DNA from: Acidobacteriota bacterium
GTDB taxonomy: Bacteria; Acidobacteriota; Blastocatellia; Pyrinomonadales; Pyrinomonadaceae
Assembly (NCBI GenBank): GCA_046726395.1
Contig: JBKPAL010000145.1
Location: forward strand, 1 to 61,189
DNA: 61,189 nucleotides
Direction: 5' to 3'
Below, piece by piece: positions 25,786 to 34,733 of the stretch; positions within the stretch are counted from its first letter, which is position 1, and every line of letters starts with the position of its first letter. Both the position numbers and the translations under genes were made by a program. The notes beneath the pieces are model-generated. The model made no database searches and was not told the DNA's origin. It was given only the letters and a program-made list of their open reading frames with translations.

Positions 25786-26604
25786 ATGAAATCCCTGTTA
25801 CTCGGCGTTTTAGCTGCATATGTAGTCGCGGCGATCCATGCCATCCTGGCATTCGTCAACAAGCGCCGATCATTGCAGCGAGTGTCGCTCTGGGCTGTGT
25901 CGATAGGTTTTATCCTCCACACGGCGGCGCTCATTGCCGACTGGGTCATTGATGGTCATTACCCTCTCTTCTACTTAAGAGAAACTTTGTCCTTTCTGGC
26001 CTGGACGCTGACTGCGGCTTATGGATTGATTGTTTACAAATACAGGACTCAAGCAATTGGCGCCTTTACCTTACCACTGGTTTCAGTCTTAACATTTGTT
26101 GCCATACTGATTAAGTCAGACTCAAACAACGCTATCGATGCGAGTGGCGTTTCCGCTACCTGGTTGTTCCCGATTCACACTACGTTGTTCTTTTTCGCTT
26201 ATGCAGCATTCTTCATCGTATTTGTTTCAAGTCTCATGTATCTGTTTCAAGAGCACGCATTGAAGGTAAAGGCATTCGGTGCGGTGTTTCATCGTCTGCC
26301 TTCGCTAACGACAGTTAATGAGATCGCCACAAGTGCAGCGGCCATCGGATTAACGCTGCTCACTGTAGGAATTGCCACAGGTATGTTCTGGTCTTCGGCT
26401 AGGAAGGGGCGAGTATGGCAAAATGATCCAAAAGAGATTCTTACCGTTCTCACTTGGCTTATTTATGTGTTCCTGATCATCTATCGCTCCACCGCGGGAT
26501 GGCGAGGGCGTCGAGCAGCCTGGATGGGCGTTGCTGGATTCGCACTCGTCTTATTCACTTTCCTGGGTGCCCGCTTTATGGGTGGTTACCACGTTTTCGG
26601 TTAG
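25786..26604 (+). CDS. Cytochrome c assembly (CcsA) family membrane protein, HemX-like
   Basis: 272 aa and multi-pass. The CcsA-family C-terminal region has a degenerate tryptophan-rich motif (FWSSARKGRVWQNDPKE). Located directly upstream of hemA. Confidence 0.75.
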   Translation: MKSLLLGVLAAYVVAAIHAILAFVNKRRSLQRVSLWAVSIGFILHTAALIADWVIDGHYPLFYLRETLSFLAWTLTAAYGLIVYKYRTQAIGAFTLPLVSVLTFVAILIKSDSNNAIDASGVSATWLFPIHTTLFFFAYAAFFIVFVSSLMYLFQEHALKVKAFGAVFHRLPSLTTVNEIATSAAAIGLTLLTVGIATGMFWSSARKGRVWQNDPKEILTVLTWLIYVFLIIYRSTAGWRGRRAAWMGVAGFALVLFTFLGARFMGGYHVFG

Positions 26605-26634
26605 ACATGAGGACTGAAAGGTAATACAGGCCCG

Positions 26635-27903
26635 ATGTCGATAGTCCTTGTCGGAGTAAATCACAAAACCGCGCCAATTGAGTTGCGCGAGCTTCTGGCT
26701 TTCTCAGAAGAAACCTGCTCTGAAGGCTTGCGAACTCTTGTGGACGGAGATGTCGTCCGTGAAGGACTAATCGTTTCTACTTGCAACCGGGTCGAAGTGC
26801 TCGCCGCTACAACTACTGAACTGGTCACTCAAGGCACTGAGCGGATCACAGACTTCTTATCGCAATCACGCAGCTTGCCAGTCGATTTCTTTCAGCAGCA
26901 TGGGTACCACCGCAACGACGATGAAGCCGTACGTCATCTGTTCCGCGTAACATCATCGCTCGACTCAATGGTCATTGGAGAGCCACAGGTGCTTGGTCAG
27001 GTGCGCCGCGCTTATTCGATTGCTCTCGAAGCCGGCACTGCAGGTCGAGTACTTAATCGCCTGGTACATCACGCATTCCATGTGGCGAAGAGAGTGCGGA
27101 CAGAGACTGGAATTGCAGCCAGCGCGGTATCCATCAGCTATATGGCTGTTGAGCTGGGCAAGAAGATCTTCGGTCCACTGAAAGGACATACGGTGCTACT
27201 CATTGGCGCAGGTGAGATGGCCGAGCTCTCTGCTAGACATCTCGTAAACGCCGGCGTAACCCGAGTTCTGATCGCAAATCGAACTACAGAAGCAGCAGAA
27301 CGCATCGCACAAGAATTGGGAGGAACCGCTCTCGGCTTTGACAATCTCACCGACAGCATGGCTGAGGCAGATATCGTGATCTGTTCCACTGGCGCCGATG
27401 ACTACCTGATCACAAAAGACATGGCACGCATTGCGCTCGAAAAGCGTCGCAACCGGCCAGCCTTCTTCATCGACATCAGCGTTCCTAGAAACGTTGATCC
27501 AGCTATTGGCAACCTGCCGAATACGTTTGTGTTCGATATAGATGATCTTGAAGCCGTGATCTCATCGAACATTCGAGAACGTGAACGCGAAGCCGAGCGA
27601 GCTGAGCTCATCGTCGAGTCAGAAATCATGCAGTTTCAACAGGCGTTGAGAGCTTTGGACTTTGGTCCAACGATCGGCGCACTCAAGAAGAAACTTCAGG
27701 AGATTGCGCGATTGGAGCTAGCACGACAGCGCGGCAAGTTAGGGCCATTGACTCCTGAACAGGAAAGCGCAGTAGAGGCACTACTGTTGGCGACCGTAAA
27801 CAAGATCTCGCATCCAGTGTTAAGCCAGATGCGCCGCTCGTACGAGATAAGTGACATTGAAACCATCCAGGCGTGGCGCGATACATTTGGTTTGGAAGAT
27901 TAG
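26635..27903 (+). CDS. hemA: Glutamyl-tRNA reductase
   Basis: Has the active-site motif STCNRVEV and the NADPH-binding fold LLIGAGEMAE. 422 aa. Confidence 0.95.
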   Translation: MSIVLVGVNHKTAPIELRELLAFSEETCSEGLRTLVDGDVVREGLIVSTCNRVEVLAATTTELVTQGTERITDFLSQSRSLPVDFFQQHGYHRNDDEAVRHLFRVTSSLDSMVIGEPQVLGQVRRAYSIALEAGTAGRVLNRLVHHAFHVAKRVRTETGIAASAVSISYMAVELGKKIFGPLKGHTVLLIGAGEMAELSARHLVNAGVTRVLIANRTTEAAERIAQELGGTALGFDNLTDSMAEADIVICSTGADDYLITKDMARIALEKRRNRPAFFIDISVPRNVDPAIGNLPNTFVFDIDDLEAVISSNIREREREAERAELIVESEIMQFQQALRALDFGPTIGALKKKLQEIARLELARQRGKLGPLTPEQESAVEALLLATVNKISHPVLSQMRRSYEISDIETIQAWRDTFGLED

Positions 27904-27936
27904 TTAACTCAGTCCGCGTGTGATCCCAAGCAATCA

Positions 27937-28869
27937 ATGAAGAGCAGTCTTGTAATCGGTTCACGCGGATCCAAACTGGCGCTGACACAAGCCGAATGGG
28001 TAAGAGTAAGATTAATCGATCTTCAACCCACCTACGATATCCGCATCGAGATACTAAAGACCTCGGGTGACGTACAGACCGCACCTCTTGCAGTGATTGG
28101 CGGCAAAGGCGTCTTCACTAAAGAGCTTGAAGACGCATTGCTCGATGATCGTATCGACATCGCCGTGCATTCGCTAAAGGACCTGCCAACAATTCTGCCG
28201 ACCTCGCTGACAATCGCTGCCATCTGTGAACGTGAGGATCCGCGCGACGCTCTTGTCCTCGACGCTACCACGAAGACGAGCAACTTATCTATTGCAGAAC
28301 TACCAGCGAATTCAGTGATTGGTACGTCTAGTCCACGGCGACTTGCGCAGCTAAAGCACCTGCGCGGTGATCTTCTGGTGAAGGACTTGCGCGGCAACGT
28401 GGACACTCGGCTAAGGAAACTCGACGAGGGACAGTACTACGCGTTGATACTCGCTGCTGCAGGACTGCGACGGCTGAATCTTCAACACCGCATCAGCTCC
28501 GCCCTTCCGCCGGAAACAATGCTACCGGCTGTTGGGCAAGGCGCACTCGGAATCGAAACGCGGTTGGATGACGAGAACGCGACGGTGTTAGTTAGGAAGC
28601 TGGACCACGAACAAACAAGGCTTGCCTGTACTGCGGAAAGAACCTTGCTGCGTTCGTTGGGTGGCGGGTGTCAGCTACCGATCGCCGCGCACGCAGTTGT
28701 CGAAGGTAACGAGCTTCGGCTGGATGCGCTAGTTGCCGCTACTGACGGCTCGCAGATAATTCGCGATCAAATTTCTGGTCCAACTGTCGCGGCCGAAAAG
28801 CTCGGCGAAGAACTTGCTCAGTTGCTGTTGAGAAAAGGAGCGGCTCAATTGTTAGGAACGACGAATTGA
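27937..28869 (+). CDS. hemC: Hydroxymethylbilane synthase (porphobilinogen deaminase)
   Basis: IGSRGSKLALTQA, GGKGVFTKELE and the cofactor-binding cysteine context GGCQLPIAAHA are present. Confidence 0.95.
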   Translation: MKSSLVIGSRGSKLALTQAEWVRVRLIDLQPTYDIRIEILKTSGDVQTAPLAVIGGKGVFTKELEDALLDDRIDIAVHSLKDLPTILPTSLTIAAICEREDPRDALVLDATTKTSNLSIAELPANSVIGTSSPRRLAQLKHLRGDLLVKDLRGNVDTRLRKLDEGQYYALILAAAGLRRLNLQHRISSALPPETMLPAVGQGALGIETRLDDENATVLVRKLDHEQTRLACTAERTLLRSLGGGCQLPIAAHAVVEGNELRLDALVAATDGSQIIRDQISGPTVAAEKLGEELAQLLLRKGAAQLLGTTN

Positions 28870-29669
28870 AATCAGAACCAGCACTAACGGGGCGCACAAT
28901 CGTGATCACTCGCGCGCGGTCGCAGGCAGACTCGTTTGCGTCTGAATTGGAGCGACTCGGCGCGCGCGTAATTGTCTGTCCAACGATCGAGATTACAGAT
29001 CCGGACAGCTACGCTCGTGTCGATGAAGCAATTGACCACTTTTATGGTTACGACTGGCTTATCTTCACTAGTGTGAATGGAGTTGACTACTTCTTCCGTA
29101 GGTTTTTTGAGCTCAGTCACGATTTAACGGAAGTTGACGACCTGAAGGTGTGCGCCATTGGCGAGTCAACCGCTGGCAGATTGCGCGAGCTTCAAATTCA
29201 CGTCGATGTGGTACCTGCTGAATTTAAGGCCGAGGGCGTCTTTAAAGCTTTGGAGCAATACATCGGAAACAAAGACAGACTGCAGGGGCTGAACTTCCTC
29301 ATTCCCCGTGCGGCGGTCGCGCGAGATTATCTTCCCAAGGCCCTCGAATCCTCGGGAGCGCGGGTTGACGTAGTTCCCGCTTATCAAACGGTCTTACCGA
29401 ATGACATCGATCGCGCGCGACTCGCTGCTATGTTGGCTGGAGGCGCTGATTGCATTGCCTTTACCAGTTCATCAACCGTGAAGAATCTTGCTCAACTGTT
29501 CGACACGCGCGACTTGAGCCAGCAGTTGGCTGATGTGGCAATCGCATGCATCGGTGACGTGACTGCACAGACGGCGAATGATCACGGCCTGCGAGTCGCA
29601 ATCCAACCTGAGCAATTCACGATACCCGCGTTGGTTACGGCCATTGCCCAATATTTCGAAAGGAAATAG
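28866..29669 (+). CDS. hemD: Uroporphyrinogen-III synthase
   Basis: Shows the HEM4 two-lobe pattern (ITRARSQA...W LIFTSVNGV...IAFTSSSTV). It overlaps hemC by 4 nt. Confidence 0.85.
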   Translation: MKSEPALTGRTIVITRARSQADSFASELERLGARVIVCPTIEITDPDSYARVDEAIDHFYGYDWLIFTSVNGVDYFFRRFFELSHDLTEVDDLKVCAIGESTAGRLRELQIHVDVVPAEFKAEGVFKALEQYIGNKDRLQGLNFLIPRAAVARDYLPKALESSGARVDVVPAYQTVLPNDIDRARLAAMLAGGADCIAFTSSSTVKNLAQLFDTRDLSQQLADVAIACIGDVTAQTANDHGLRVAIQPEQFTIPALVTAIAQYFERK

Positions 29670-29735
29670 TCTCCAGAGAAGGCCGCCCGGCATGAGCGAA
29701 CCAGGACCTCGCCCGCTCATGCTAAACTGCTAACG

Positions 29736-31109
29736 ATGAATTCCCCGCTCGTACTAATCATCGAACCAAATCAACGTGAGGGCAAAGCGCTTCAGAGTCT
29801 CATCTCCAGATGGGAGTTTCAGAGCGTCATTGAACCAAATTGTCCCAGCGAACCTGCCGAACTTCAGCCGCACGTCATCATCGCAGGCAATACCAATGGG
29901 TCGGGAGATGCCTTCGGTTTATTGCGTACCATTAAGGCGCAATACAGCGACGTGCCTGTGGTGCTAGTGAGCGATAGTGGTTCGGTTCCGATGGCACTCC
30001 GAGCGATTCAGGAAGAGGGTGCCTATCACTATTTCGAAAAACCAGTAGATGCAAACAAGCTGCAGGTGGTCTTGAACCGTGCTGTCGAACTCACCGAAGC
30101 TCGTCGCGAAAACGAAGCACTGCGCCGTCAACTGCAACAGCGAGGCGCATTCTGGGAGCTTGTCGGAGACTCCCCGCAGATGCGTGAGATCTACGCATTG
30201 ATTGACCAGGTGGCCCCGTCATCGGCTTCGGTTTTGATAACCGGCGAATCAGGAACTGGGAAAGAGCTGGTCGCACGAACGATTCACAATCTAAGTCCCC
30301 GAAAGGACAAGCCCTTCATCGGCATCAACTGCGCCGCCATTCCGGAATCTCTGATGGAATCGGAGTTGTTTGGTCATGAGAAGGGTGCGTTTACGGGTGC
30401 AGCCTCGCGACGGCAGGGTTGTTTTGAACTGGCGGACAAGGGCACGTTGCTGCTCGATGAGATTGCTGAGATGCCGGCATTGTTGCAGGCGAAGCTGTTG
30501 CGAGTTATCGAAGAACGTGCGGTGAGAAGGTTAGGCAGCCGTAGAGAGATCGAAGTCGATGTTCGTCTTCTGGCAGCAACGAATCGAGATCCTCTTGATG
30601 CGGTTCGCGAAGGAAAATTACGTGAAGATCTGCTTTACCGACTTAATGTGTTTAGTGTTCACCTTCCCGCACTCAAAGATCGAAAAGACGATTTGCCATT
30701 GCTGGCTCAACACCTCGTCACACATCTCGCTGAGAAACACGGGAGACCTGCGCGTTTCCTGAGTCCTGAAGCGATCAGGGCACTTCAATTTCACGCATGG
30801 CCGGGTAATGTCCGCGAATTGCGAAATGTGATCGAGCGCGCCGTAGTCATCTGTTCAGGCGAACAGATCGAGCGACATCATTTCGCGCCTTATCCGATCG
30901 AACAGCGAGAACGTCTCCGTGAGGAAGACACGATAACGTTTCCGGTTGGCACGCCTATAGATGAGGTGGAGCGTCAGATGATCATGCGGACGCTTCAGAA
31001 GACCGGCAACAATAAGACCCGCGCCGCGCAACTACTCGGCATCAGCCTTAAGACACTTCACAACAAACTAAATCTTTATCGAGACCGCGGGCTACTGAAA
31101 GATGGGTGA
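29736..31109 (+). CDS. Sigma-54-dependent transcriptional activator (NtrC family) with a degenerate receiver domain
   Basis: The AAA+ core has Walker A GESGTGKE, the sigma-54 contact loop GAFTGA and Walker B LLLDEI. The C-terminal Fis-type HTH is TRAAQLLGISLKTLHNKL. The N-terminal receiver-like fold lacks the acidic pocket and the phospho-acceptor Asp. Confidence 0.92.
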   Translation: MNSPLVLIIEPNQREGKALQSLISRWEFQSVIEPNCPSEPAELQPHVIIAGNTNGSGDAFGLLRTIKAQYSDVPVVLVSDSGSVPMALRAIQEEGAYHYFEKPVDANKLQVVLNRAVELTEARRENEALRRQLQQRGAFWELVGDSPQMREIYALIDQVAPSSASVLITGESGTGKELVARTIHNLSPRKDKPFIGINCAAIPESLMESELFGHEKGAFTGAASRRQGCFELADKGTLLLDEIAEMPALLQAKLLRVIEERAVRRLGSRREIEVDVRLLAATNRDPLDAVREGKLREDLLYRLNVFSVHLPALKDRKDDLPLLAQHLVTHLAEKHGRPARFLSPEAIRALQFHAWPGNVRELRNVIERAVVICSGEQIERHHFAPYPIEQRERLREEDTITFPVGTPIDEVERQMIMRTLQKTGNNKTRAAQLLGISLKTLHNKLNLYRDRGLLKDG

Positions 31110-32004
31110 CAGTTATTCAGTCCTACTGTTCTTCATCGACGGACTGGGTATTGGAGCTCGTGGTCCTGACAACCCGCTGGATGGTCTCGAAGCTGCGGAA
31201 CCGTTAGCGCTCTTTCAGGATGAACCGCTAGCTACGATCTTTGATGGTGTTGTCGTGCCCACGGATCCGAGACTTGGAGTTCCGGGGCGTCCGCAAAGTG
31301 CATCGGGACAAACGACGATACTTACTGGGGTGAACGCACCGGCGTTGCTCGGATATCACAAGCAAGGGTTTCCGAATGCCGACATGCGCGAGATCATCGC
31401 GAAGCATTCTATCTTTCTCCAATTGCGCGAGGCAGGAATTACCGATATCACTTTTGCGAATGCCTATCGCGATGTTTTCTTTTCAGAACGTCCCCGATGG
31501 GTCTCCGCAACCACCGCAGCAGTTGAAGCGGCAGGCTTGTCGTTTCGCACGATCGCTGATTTGAAGGCCGGGCGGGCGGTGTATCAGGATTTCACCAACG
31601 GCTTCCTGATACAAAAAGGGATCGACGTCTCAACCAGAACTCCAGCGGAGGCCGCTGCCATACTCGCTTCAATCGCGGCGAAGAATCGTTTCACTCTGTA
31701 CGAATACTTCATAACCGATAAGGTTGGTCATGCTCAGGATTTCGCTTCTGCACGTTCAGTGTTGAAAGGTCTCGCTCAGATGATCAGAGAGTTGTTGGCG
31801 AAAATTGATCTCATTCGTACAACCGTTATACTCACAAGCGATCACGGCAACATTGAGGATCTTTCATCGCGCAATCACACGCTGAATGACGTTCCGACAA
31901 TGATCTGGGGCGCTGCTCGCCAAGGCGTCGCAAGGGATATCAAGAGCCTTGCAGACGTTACTCCGACTATAGTGAAAACTTTGTTAGCGAAAGCGACCGT
32001 TTGA
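31102..32004 (+). CDS. Alkaline-phosphatase-superfamily metalloenzyme (cofactor-independent phosphoglycerate mutase / phosphopentomutase-like)
   Basis: The N-terminal FFIDGLGIG, the central DKVGHAQD and the distal TSDHGNIED are the metal-ligand blocks of the Metalloenzyme superfamily. It overlaps the EBP gene by 8 nt. Confidence 0.6.
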   Translation: MGDSYSVLLFFIDGLGIGARGPDNPLDGLEAAEPLALFQDEPLATIFDGVVVPTDPRLGVPGRPQSASGQTTILTGVNAPALLGYHKQGFPNADMREIIAKHSIFLQLREAGITDITFANAYRDVFFSERPRWVSATTAAVEAAGLSFRTIADLKAGRAVYQDFTNGFLIQKGIDVSTRTPAEAAAILASIAAKNRFTLYEYFITDKVGHAQDFASARSVLKGLAQMIRELLAKIDLIRTTVILTSDHGNIEDLSSRNHTLNDVPTMIWGAARQGVARDIKSLADVTPTIVKTLLAKATV

Positions 32005-33407
32005 ACATGCCCTCCGCGCAAGCTCTCGAACCTGCCGCCCGAGAGTTATCCCTTCCTAAGAATGATCCTCGAGAACTGTTTGGTTGGAAGATGTATGACT
32101 GGGCCAATTCTGCCTTCTCCACGACAGTGGTCGGTGCACTTTATGGTCCTTATCTCACGCGCGTGACCCAAAATGCCATAGGCGAGAATGGCGTCATAGC
32201 AAAACTTGGTATGTTCGCTATTACGGCAAAATCGTTCTATCCCCTCTGCATTTCAGTCGCCGTTGTCCTGCAAGCGCTATCGCTGCCGATCCTTGGTTCC
32301 ATTGCCGACTATTCGCACTTGAAGAAAAAGATGATGGCAACCTTTTGCTACACCGGAGTGGCGGCGACTTGTTTGATGTTCTTCGTGACTGGACGCCTTT
32401 ACTGGCTGGGCGGAATTCTCTTTATCATCGCCAATCTGAGCTTCGGCGCAGCAGTGGTTTTCTATAACGGCTTTCTTAACGACATCACTACCGAAGATCA
32501 GCGAGATAAGATTTCAAGCCGAGGCTTTGCGTACGGTTATCTAGGTGGAGGACTGCTCCTGGCAGCGAACTTCGCGTTAGTCACTTTCGCGGATCGTCTG
32601 CACCTGAGTACGGGAATGGCTGTAAGACTGTCGTTATTGTCCGCCGGCGTCTGGTGGGGTGTCTTTAGTCTCATCACCTTTGCCACTCTGCGTAACCGCG
32701 CTCCAGAGAAGTCGCTCCCGCGTGGAAAGAGTTACCTCACCGTTGGCTTCGCCGAATTGGGTCGTACGTTTCGCGAGCTGGCGCGACTTCGACACACGTT
32801 GCGTTACTTGATCGCTTATCTCTTCTTTAATGACGGCATCCAGACAGTGATCAGTCTGGCATCAGTAGTCATGGCGCAGGAGCTGTTTGTAGCGAAAGGT
32901 CTGGAGACTGATGAATCATTTTTACTCGGCATCTTTTTGATGGTGCAGTTCATGGCGATCTTCGGAGCTTTGATCTTCGAACGTCTCGCTTACGCCATCA
33001 CTACGAAGCGAGCTATTCTCATTTCGCTTCTTATCTGGTCGGCAGTTGTAATTTACGGATACAAATTTCTGCACACGACAAGAGAAGCCTGGTTCATGGC
33101 CGCGGTGATTGCGATAGTCATGGGAGGATCGCAGGCTCTGTCTCGCTCGCTCTTTTCGCGCATGATTCCTAAAGGGCGTGAAGCATCCTTCTTCGGACTC
33201 TATGAGGTTTCCGAACGAGGTACGTCGTGGTTAGGACCTTTTATTTTTGGGGCAGTCGTGGCTGCTACCAACTCTTATCGGCAGGCATTGCTGTCAGTCA
33301 TTGTGTTGTTTGTAGTGGGAACGATAATACTTTACTTCACGGATACCGACCGCGCGATTCACGAAGCCGGCAATCTGCTACCGGAGGAAGCCGCTCAATC
33401 GTCGTAA
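32001..33407 (+). CDS. MFS transporter, UMF1/Atg22-like family
   Basis: The N-terminal WKMYDWANSAFSTTV is characteristic of the Atg22/UMF1 family. About 12 TM segments. The likely true start is ATG 32007. Confidence 0.78.
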   Translation: MNMPSAQALEPAARELSLPKNDPRELFGWKMYDWANSAFSTTVVGALYGPYLTRVTQNAIGENGVIAKLGMFAITAKSFYPLCISVAVVLQALSLPILGSIADYSHLKKKMMATFCYTGVAATCLMFFVTGRLYWLGGILFIIANLSFGAAVVFYNGFLNDITTEDQRDKISSRGFAYGYLGGGLLLAANFALVTFADRLHLSTGMAVRLSLLSAGVWWGVFSLITFATLRNRAPEKSLPRGKSYLTVGFAELGRTFRELARLRHTLRYLIAYLFFNDGIQTVISLASVVMAQELFVAKGLETDESFLLGIFLMVQFMAIFGALIFERLAYAITTKRAILISLLIWSAVVIYGYKFLHTTREAWFMAAVIAIVMGGSQALSRSLFSRMIPKGREASFFGLYEVSERGTSWLGPFIFGAVVAATNSYRQALLSVIVLFVVGTIILYFTDTDRAIHEAGNLLPEEAAQSS

Positions 33408-33701
33408 TCAGCTCGCCGCTTTTCGCTGGCTCGTCGGAACCTTTTCAAGACATTCACGGGAGCAGTAAACCAAGTTCGAGTTCAGAGTCATTGCTCTGAC
33501 CTGCGGGATCCACGTGCCGCACTGAACACAACGAATCAGCTTGTTTTTAGGAAGCGACTTTCCTGAAGTTCTGGAGCTTTCATCCAGAACTGTGCTGGTC
33601 ATTTGGGTGAGCCTTTGGAAGAGACGGATGTAGGGACGAACACGTCGGTAAAGCAGCCAGAGAATCAGAAACACAAGGCTGACTACGATCAGATACTTCA
33701 A
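33408..33701 (-). CDS. Small membrane-anchored protein with a C-terminal CxxC...CxxxC zinc-ribbon (PP0621-like architecture)
   Basis: Has an N-terminal TM helix (LIVVSLVFLILWLLY) and a C-terminal IRCVQCGTWIPQ...VYCSRECL. Confidence 0.5.
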   Translation of the reverse strand: MKYLIVVSLVFLILWLLYRRVRPYIRLFQRLTQMTSTVLDESSRTSGKSLPKNKLIRCVQCGTWIPQVRAMTLNSNLVYCSRECLEKVPTSQRKAAS

Positions 33702-33723
33702 TCAGCTTCCCTCTTCTCTAAAA

Positions 33724-34005
33724 CTACCTCTTGTCGTCACCACTTCTGTTGCCGGAGGGAACGTAAGGAACATCATTGGTGCGGCGGCGCGGCATCGGAT
33801 CGCTCGCGCGCCGGCGCGGCGTCGATTCTCTATTTCGTCGATCAATGCTTCCGGGAGGAAGGCCTTTTCCGTGCACTGCCTCCTCCAGGATGCGGGTGAT
33901 CTCTTGGGAGAGTGTTCGATGTTCAGCCGCGGCTCTGCGGCGCAAGCTTTCTTTCAAATGGTTGGGTACGTATGCGCCAATAAAAACTCCTTTTCGATTT
34001 GCCAT
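33724..34005 (-). CDS. Ribbon-helix-helix (CopG/Arc-like) DNA-binding protein with an Arg-rich disordered tail
   Basis: The N-terminal KGVFIGAYVPNHLKESLRRRAAAEHRTLSQEITRILEEAV fits the beta-strand/helix/helix RHH pattern. Confidence 0.5.
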   Translation of the reverse strand: MANRKGVFIGAYVPNHLKESLRRRAAAEHRTLSQEITRILEEAVHGKGLPPGSIDRRNRESTPRRRASDPMPRRRTNDVPYVPSGNRSGDDKR

Positions 34006-34120
34006 TTTCCGCGGCCACTCCTTAATCCTTTAGTGAAGCTTGCTTGGTAAAGCGAGTGAGGTTTGATTAGTACTGCTTGTTGTTCTGAACACTTTGAAAA
34101 CTGAAAGAGCCATGCAATTG

Positions 34121-34590
34121 AGAACAGGTCTATAAGCCGAATTCTGTGCTCCGGTAACCGGAGTAGCGATCATTCATCTAGCCCAACTGTTGCCAGTTGG
34201 ATCGAGCGACCTACCCGGAGGTCGTAGCAGCTTTGGAAACCCGTTGGGGAGCTGAGCTGTAATCTCAGCAACTGCTTTGGGCGGGCAGCCCTATTTGACG
34301 CCTCCCTATTTGGTCTTGCACTGCGAGGAGTTTGCCTGGCCGCGTATGTCACCACACGCGCCGGTGCGCTCTTACTTTAAGCCCTTCCGGGCCGCACCGT
34401 TTCACCCATCACCATCAAAATGACGGCTGGTCTCTTCTCTGTTGCACTTGTCGTCGTAGGAGCTTTCGCTCTACGCCCCGCCGTTAGCGGGCTCGCTGCC
34501 CTGTAGTGTTCGGACTTTCCTCTCCTGAGCGCTTAACAGCGCATTTCTGAGCTGAGATTTGCTCAGCAGCGACCGCCCGACCTGTTCTCA
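34121..34590 (-). ncRNA. rnpB: RNase P RNA, bacterial type A
   Basis: The minus strand reads GAGAACAGGTCGGGCGGTCGCTG...CAGGAGAGGAAAGTCCGAACACTACAGGGCAG...GGTGAAACGGTG...AGTGCAAGACCAAATAGG...GCACAGAATTCGGCTTATAGACCTGTTCTC. Conserved P4 strands (GAGGAAAGTCCG and ACAGAA-CGGCTTA) and P1 pairing of the two ends are visible. The ORF track does not include it. Confidence 0.93.
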
Positions 34591-34605
34591 TGCAAGGCTG
34601 TTTGG

Positions 34606-34614
34606 ATTATAGCA
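34606..34614 (-). promoter_or_regulatory. Extended -10 promoter element for rnpB
   Basis: The minus strand reads TGCTATAAT (TGnTATAAT), about 16-24 nt upstream of the P1 5' end. Confidence 0.4.
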
Positions 34615-34671
34615 ACGTGTGTTCAACACGTACAGTACATCGGTTACACACGTTTGTGCTCTATCGGGCAA

Positions 34672-34698
34672 TCCACAGGTTACACAGATTACGCAGAA
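34672..34698. repeat. Second copy of the CCACAGATTACACAG word repeat
   Basis: TCCACAGGTTACACAGATTACGCAGAAG resembles TCCACAGATTACACAGAAGG at 1081-1100. Confidence 0.55.
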
Positions 34699-34733
34699 GA
34701 TAAATTAGTTGGCTGGTTTGAGCGCAGGCAGGA

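Noticed and set aside
29690-29722. Intrinsic terminator between hemD and the EBP gene
   Set aside because: A 9-bp stem (GCATGAGCG/CGCTCATGC) is present, but the loop is 15 nt and there is no U-run. It is kept only as a possible processing or attenuation hairpin within the EBP finding.
34170-34355. 61-aa ORF on the minus strand
   Set aside because: It lies entirely inside rnpB.
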